Shown one piece after another: positions 60,106 through 64,000 of a stretch of DNA of 64,000 nucleotides. The stretch is from NCBI GenBank assembly GCA_044376115.1, contig JBILLK010000009.1, positions 192,001 to 256,000 on the forward strand. Reading direction: 5' to 3'. The notes beneath the pieces were generated by a model that saw only the letters and a list, made by a program, of their open reading frames with translations, made no database searches and was not told the DNA's origin. Position numbers and translations under genes: made by a program. Origin of the DNA: Polyangiaceae bacterium. Its GTDB lineage: Bacteria; Myxococcota_A; Polyangia; Polyangiales; Polyangiaceae. Position 1 is the first letter of the stretch, and the number at the start of each line of letters is the position of its first letter.

Positions 60106-61560
60106 TCAGAAGCGGCCGTAGGCCCCTATGCGAAAGCCTTGTTGATTTAGTTCCACGGCAGGCAGAATCGCCCAGTCGTCGACGGGGCGGCTTTCATAAC
60201 GCGATACGTCTTCCGCGCCGGCCGCGATGACACCACCCGCGATCGCGCTTCCGACGCCGAGGACCAGGCCAATGGCTCCGCCAATATCCAAGCCCAAGGT
60301 GACGTTCTTTAGGGCGAGCAGCGCCAATAGTTCATCATCGCAGACTTTGGCCTGCTCGGTTGAGGGGGCATCACATCCGGCGAAGCTCCCGGTGCTGTTG
60401 GTTTGGTCTGTTGAAAGGTCGCTGACTTCTCGTCGATTGAGGGTGTTGGCGCCCAGGATGATGGCTCCGGCTACTGCGAATAGGGAGCCTGTGCCGAGCG
60501 CGGCATACCCCGCAACCTGGGTGCTGGTACGCTCATCGCGACGACGTTGCAGTTCTTCAGGCAGCGGCGTTAGTGCGATGGCGCGGCGCACCACGGCTGC
60601 GTTTGGCTGCAGCTCGAGTGGGATCGTCATTGTCAGGTAACCGCTGCGCTCGAGCCGCAGCCTGTGTGGGCCTTGCGGGAGGCGTAGTTCGCCAGGGTTG
60701 GTTTGCAGCTCGCCGTTGACGAACACCGCCGCGTCGCTCGGGTCCAACGTCAGCTCGACTCGCATCGCCGACGTCGCTCGCTCCGCGCGATCTTGCTCGA
60801 GCTCGAGGGCGATCTCTGCGGAGCCACCTTCTGCCAGTACCAAGGTCTCGGCCCGGGGCAAGTAGCCAGCACGTCGCAGCTCGAGGCGATGGCTACCTGG
60901 CTCTACGCCGAACGATGAAACCAGCGGCGTCCGTCCAACCAAAATGCCATCGACGAGGATGTCCGCTCCGGGCAGTTGGCTCACGACGCGTACCTGAGCA
61001 AGCTTGGAAGCCAACGGCTCGAATTCGACAGTTAGCTGCACCGTTTGCCCAGGCTCGAGGCGAAGCGCTTTGCGATATGGCTTCTTGCCCTCCATGGTGG
61101 CCTCGAGTAGCAGCTCGCCTGCGCGGACCGTAAGCGATGGAGTGGCGCTGACCGGTTTGCCATCGATATGAATGGTCGCCCCTGGCTCGACGAGCAATTG
61201 TAGTTGAGCAAGCCGGGCCTTCTGCTCGGCTAATACCTGCTTTGCTTTGAGCAGCCTCTGAGGTTTGAGCTTGCCTGGCGCCTGCACTAAGCGCCCAAGT
61301 GCCTCGACGGCCGATACAGGGTCCTTCAGCTCGGCGTGGGTAAGCCCAAGATTGTAGAGTACGACCGGCAACGGAGCTACCGCATAGCTCGCTTCGAATC
61401 GAGCCAGTGCGTCCCCGTAGGCGCCTTGCTCAAACAGCTCAATGCCCTCAATGAAGAGTTGCTTCCCCTGTGTGTCCGAGGCTTGGGCGTGCGCAGTCCC
61501 GCCTAAGGCGGACATGGCCACGCAAAGGGTGAAGAGTCCAATCAGCAACTTTGAGCGCAT
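60106..61560 (-). CDS. TPR + multiple PEGA domain membrane protein
   Basis: Signal peptide, VLYNLG TPR, three PEGA-like units (GADILVDG.LVGRTPL), C-terminal hydrophobic segments ending GRF. Confidence 0.85.
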   Translation of the reverse strand: MRSKLLIGLFTLCVAMSALGGTAHAQASDTQGKQLFIEGIELFEQGAYGDALARFEASYAVAPLPVVLYNLGLTHAELKDPVSAVEALGRLVQAPGKLKPQRLLKAKQVLAEQKARLAQLQLLVEPGATIHIDGKPVSATPSLTVRAGELLLEATMEGKKPYRKALRLEPGQTVQLTVEFEPLASKLAQVRVVSQLPGADILVDGILVGRTPLVSSFGVEPGSHRLELRRAGYLPRAETLVLAEGGSAEIALELEQDRAERATSAMRVELTLDPSDAAVFVNGELQTNPGELRLPQGPHRLRLERSGYLTMTIPLELQPNAAVVRRAIALTPLPEELQRRRDERTSTQVAGYAALGTGSLFAVAGAIILGANTLNRREVSDLSTDQTNSTGSFAGCDAPSTEQAKVCDDELLALLALKNVTLGLDIGGAIGLVLGVGSAIAGGVIAAGAEDVSRYESRPVDDWAILPAVELNQQGFRIGAYGRF

Positions 61561-62942
61561 TAGGGGTACTCCGCCGAGGTTGCGAGATGGCTGGTTCTTG
61601 CGGTGCTCGGGGGCTTGCGATTCGTTGTCGGGGCGCTAGCGCTGGCCGGGGGCGCGCTTAGCGTGGTCACGCTCGACGAAGCGGGAGGGGCTGAGCTCGA
61701 GCTGGCCACTCGTACTGTCGGAGATGCAGTGCTGGCGCTGGCTGGCTGGTCGGCCTTCACTTGTGCTGACTCCGCTACGCTGGTCGCGCTGGCGGTGGAT
61801 ACGCCGGTACGTTGCGCTAACGGGATGGCGACCACGAGCCCAAGAACCAGCGCGCCCGCCCCAAGCCCAATCACCGTGAGGGTTCGCGGACGCACGGCTG
61901 GGTCGCTTGAAGCTGCGGCGAGCCCCATCGTGGTGCTTCCGGGGATCATCGAGTGTCCTTCCGCGCGATGTTGGTGGTCGGGCGCAATCAAGGGCGCGCT
62001 CGGCCGTTCGAGGGCTTGCGGTCGCCCCGAAGCGAAGTTGCTCATCTTTGCGGGTAGGGCGGAAGTCCGTGTCGCTGCTTCTGCCTCATAGCGCAGCGCT
62101 TCTGCGAGTTTGAGTGCGCTCTCGAAGCGCTGGTTCTTGTCGGTGGCGAGAGCCTTGTCTGCCAACCGTAGAACAGAAGTTGGTAGCTCCGGCCTAAGTT
62201 CCGCTAAGGGTCGGCGCTCGCCGAAGCTGATCTTGCGGAGTAAGACCATGAGCTGATCGGCTTGGTATGCCTGTTGTCCGCTAAGGCATTCGTAAAGCAC
62301 AAGGCCAAGCGCGTGTACATCGGTACGTGCGTCGATCTGTCCTCCGCCATCGAATTGCTCAGGGGCCATATAGGAAGGCGTGCCGAGCATGGTGGTGCCG
62401 GTGGGCGAGGCCATCCGCGTGTGCTCGCCAGAGAACTTCGAGATCCCAAAGTCCAACACAGTAAGGTCTTGGTTCGGCTGCTTGAGAAACAGGTTGGCGG
62501 GCTTGATGTCGCGGTGAATGATCTCTTGTTGGTGTGCGGCGTGAAGGGCGAGCGCAGCTGTCTCTACGAGCCGCAGGCTGAGTTCGAGGGGCAAGCCTTG
62601 GGGGTGCCGCTCGAGGAGTTGCTCCAGTGATTCTCCACGGAGCAGTTCCATCAGCAGGTAGGGTTCACCGGTTTCGAGACGGCCAGCATCATAGACCTCG
62701 ACGATGTTCGGGTGGCCGATACGACCCGCAACGGAGGCCTCCCGCAGGAACCGGTCGCTCGCCTCGTGATTCGCACTCAGCTCGCTATGGAGGAGTTTGA
62801 GCGCTCTACGATGTTTAGTGTGGACGTGCGTTACTTCGAATACGGTGCCCATCCCGCCCTGTCCGAGCGTGCGCTCCACCCGGAACCGGTCGGCCAGGAG
62901 GGTGCCAGCTTCAACCTCCCGGCGGGGCGTCAAGGGCTGCAA
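61560..62942 (-). CDS. Membrane Ser/Thr protein kinase
   Basis: GQGGMGTV, HRDIKPAN, DFG, GTPSYMAPE, TM. Confidence 0.93.
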   Translation of the reverse strand: MQPLTPRREVEAGTLLADRFRVERTLGQGGMGTVFEVTHVHTKHRRALKLLHSELSANHEASDRFLREASVAGRIGHPNIVEVYDAGRLETGEPYLLMELLRGESLEQLLERHPQGLPLELSLRLVETAALALHAAHQQEIIHRDIKPANLFLKQPNQDLTVLDFGISKFSGEHTRMASPTGTTMLGTPSYMAPEQFDGGGQIDARTDVHALGLVLYECLSGQQAYQADQLMVLLRKISFGERRPLAELRPELPTSVLRLADKALATDKNQRFESALKLAEALRYEAEAATRTSALPAKMSNFASGRPQALERPSAPLIAPDHQHRAEGHSMIPGSTTMGLAAASSDPAVRPRTLTVIGLGAGALVLGLVVAIPLAQRTGVSTASATSVAESAQVKADQPASASTASPTVRVASSSSAPPASSSVTTLSAPPASASAPTTNRKPPSTARTSHLATSAEYP

Positions 62943-63673
62943 TCCCCCGTGCCGTTCTCACACGGTCCGTAGGCGGCCCCAGCCGCGTCACACACCTGCA
63001 CGCCCTGCCCGTCCAAGCACGCGCAAGCTACCTGCTTGCCCGGCACGCAAACCACCACCGAGGCAGCGCAGCGGCCTCCCTCCTTGCCTTCGCTAATGTT
63101 GCATAGGCCGGTCTCGCAATCAGCGTCCGCTCGGCACTCGAAGTTGCATACCCCGACGCGACAAATGAAATCCGGATCGATCTCGGTGCACTCCGAGGTA
63201 AATTCACAATAAGAACCAAACCCGGCGCCTGGGAGCGTTGCGTCCACCGGCAATTGGCCGTTCTCATCGAGTTCAGCCGGCAACGCGCACGCGCGCTGCG
63301 TGCAGGTTTGGTCAGCGACGCAGTCTTTGTCCGTAATGCACTCGTCACGGCAGCGGCCGTCGGGCCCGCATAGTTGGCTGCCTGGGCACTCGCTCGAGTA
63401 GCTGCAGTCTCGCTCGTCCTGCAATTGACAATAGTGATCGGGCTTTTCGCCCAACATGCAGTGAAGGTTCTGCCCATCCGAGTCGAGTGGGCAGTCGGGC
63501 GTTTGATTGCACTCTTCGTGGCAACGGCGATAGACACATACGAGACCGCTGTTGCAGTCCGAGTCCAGCACGCAGCCGTCGCCCAGCGCCGCCAGAATGA
63601 CTTCAGCGTCGTTACAGGCGGTGAGGCTGACGAAGAGCGCTCCAGCGAGGCTTGTGCCGCCTTGCTTCAACAT
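62930..63673 (-). CDS. Cys-rich lipoprotein, paralog of the N-terminal half of 57942-60074
   Basis: Lipobox LTAC; LAALGDGCVLDSDC versus LAALGAGCVVNSDC. Confidence 0.75.
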   Translation of the reverse strand: MLKQGGTSLAGALFVSLTACNDAEVILAALGDGCVLDSDCNSGLVCVYRRCHEECNQTPDCPLDSDGQNLHCMLGEKPDHYCQLQDERDCSYSSECPGSQLCGPDGRCRDECITDKDCVADQTCTQRACALPAELDENGQLPVDATLPGAGFGSYCEFTSECTEIDPDFICRVGVCNFECRADADCETGLCNISEGKEGGRCAASVVVCVPGKQVACACLDGQGVQVCDAAGAAYGPCENGTGDCSP

Positions 63674-63999
63674 GATGCACCTTCCTTTTCACAGGCTCCG
63701 TAGCCGGACCCGTCTTCGTTGCAGCTCTGCGTCCCTTTACTGCCGTCGAGGCAATCGCATTCAACCTCACGATCCGGCTCACCCTGCTTTGGACTGCAGC
63801 GAAAGCTCCCCGCTTTACCGATCAATTGGCAAGTGCCCGGTTCACCATCGGTCGACGAACAGCGAGCGAAGCGCCCACAGTCCCGATCGTCACCCTGACA
63901 CGGGGTTTCGCAGAGCCCGGCGCGGCAGCTCAGCGGCCCAGCGCCTTGGCAATCCGAGTTGAAGCTGCATACTTTGCCCAACGCTGATTGCCCTGGAGC
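63667..63999 (-). CDS. Cys-rich protein, 5'-truncated at the window edge
   Basis: Frame is open to the edge; CSFNSDC and the CxC.DG..G.Q.C..DG..YG.C module shared with neighbours. Confidence 0.65.
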   Translation of the reverse strand, partial: APGQSALGKVCSFNSDCQGAGPLSCRAGLCETPCQGDDRDCGRFARCSSTDGEPGTCQLIGKAGSFRCSPKQGEPDREVECDCLDGSKGTQSCNEDGSGYGACEKEGASC

Positions 64000-64000
64000 C

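Overview
GC-rich bacterial window, most likely from a myxobacterium (Polyangiales/Sorangiineae-like), judged from the Ser/Thr kinase-PEGA pairs, Cys-rich lipoproteins and ACIII-caa3 operon. Left to right it contains: (1) the end of an alternative complex III / caa3 oxidase operon (actF, unknown, SCO, coxBACD) and a RegB-like kinase; (2) a two-gene module repeated three times in tandem, each copy a beta-propeller + di-heme cytochrome c lipoprotein coupled to an uncharacterised lipoprotein, behind a sigma54-like promoter; (3) a 2-oxoacid dehydrogenase E1a/E1b/E2 operon, TerB, kinases and TPR proteins; (4) prfB (programmed +1 frameshift)-lysS-lolC/E-lolD; (5) gsk, an esterase, DegV and a frameshifted hybrid kinase; (6) an orphan T6SS island, vgrG-M23-M23-vgrG-two degenerate ABC-type ATPases-DcrB-like adaptor; (7) a carotenoid oxygenase and Cys-rich/PEGA/kinase clusters. 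The best candidates for undescribed systems are the triplicated di-heme/partner module (8112-17353) and the vgrG island (45598-52997). No RNA genes, CRISPR arrays or IS elements were recognised. All calls come from reading motifs by eye; no database searches were run.
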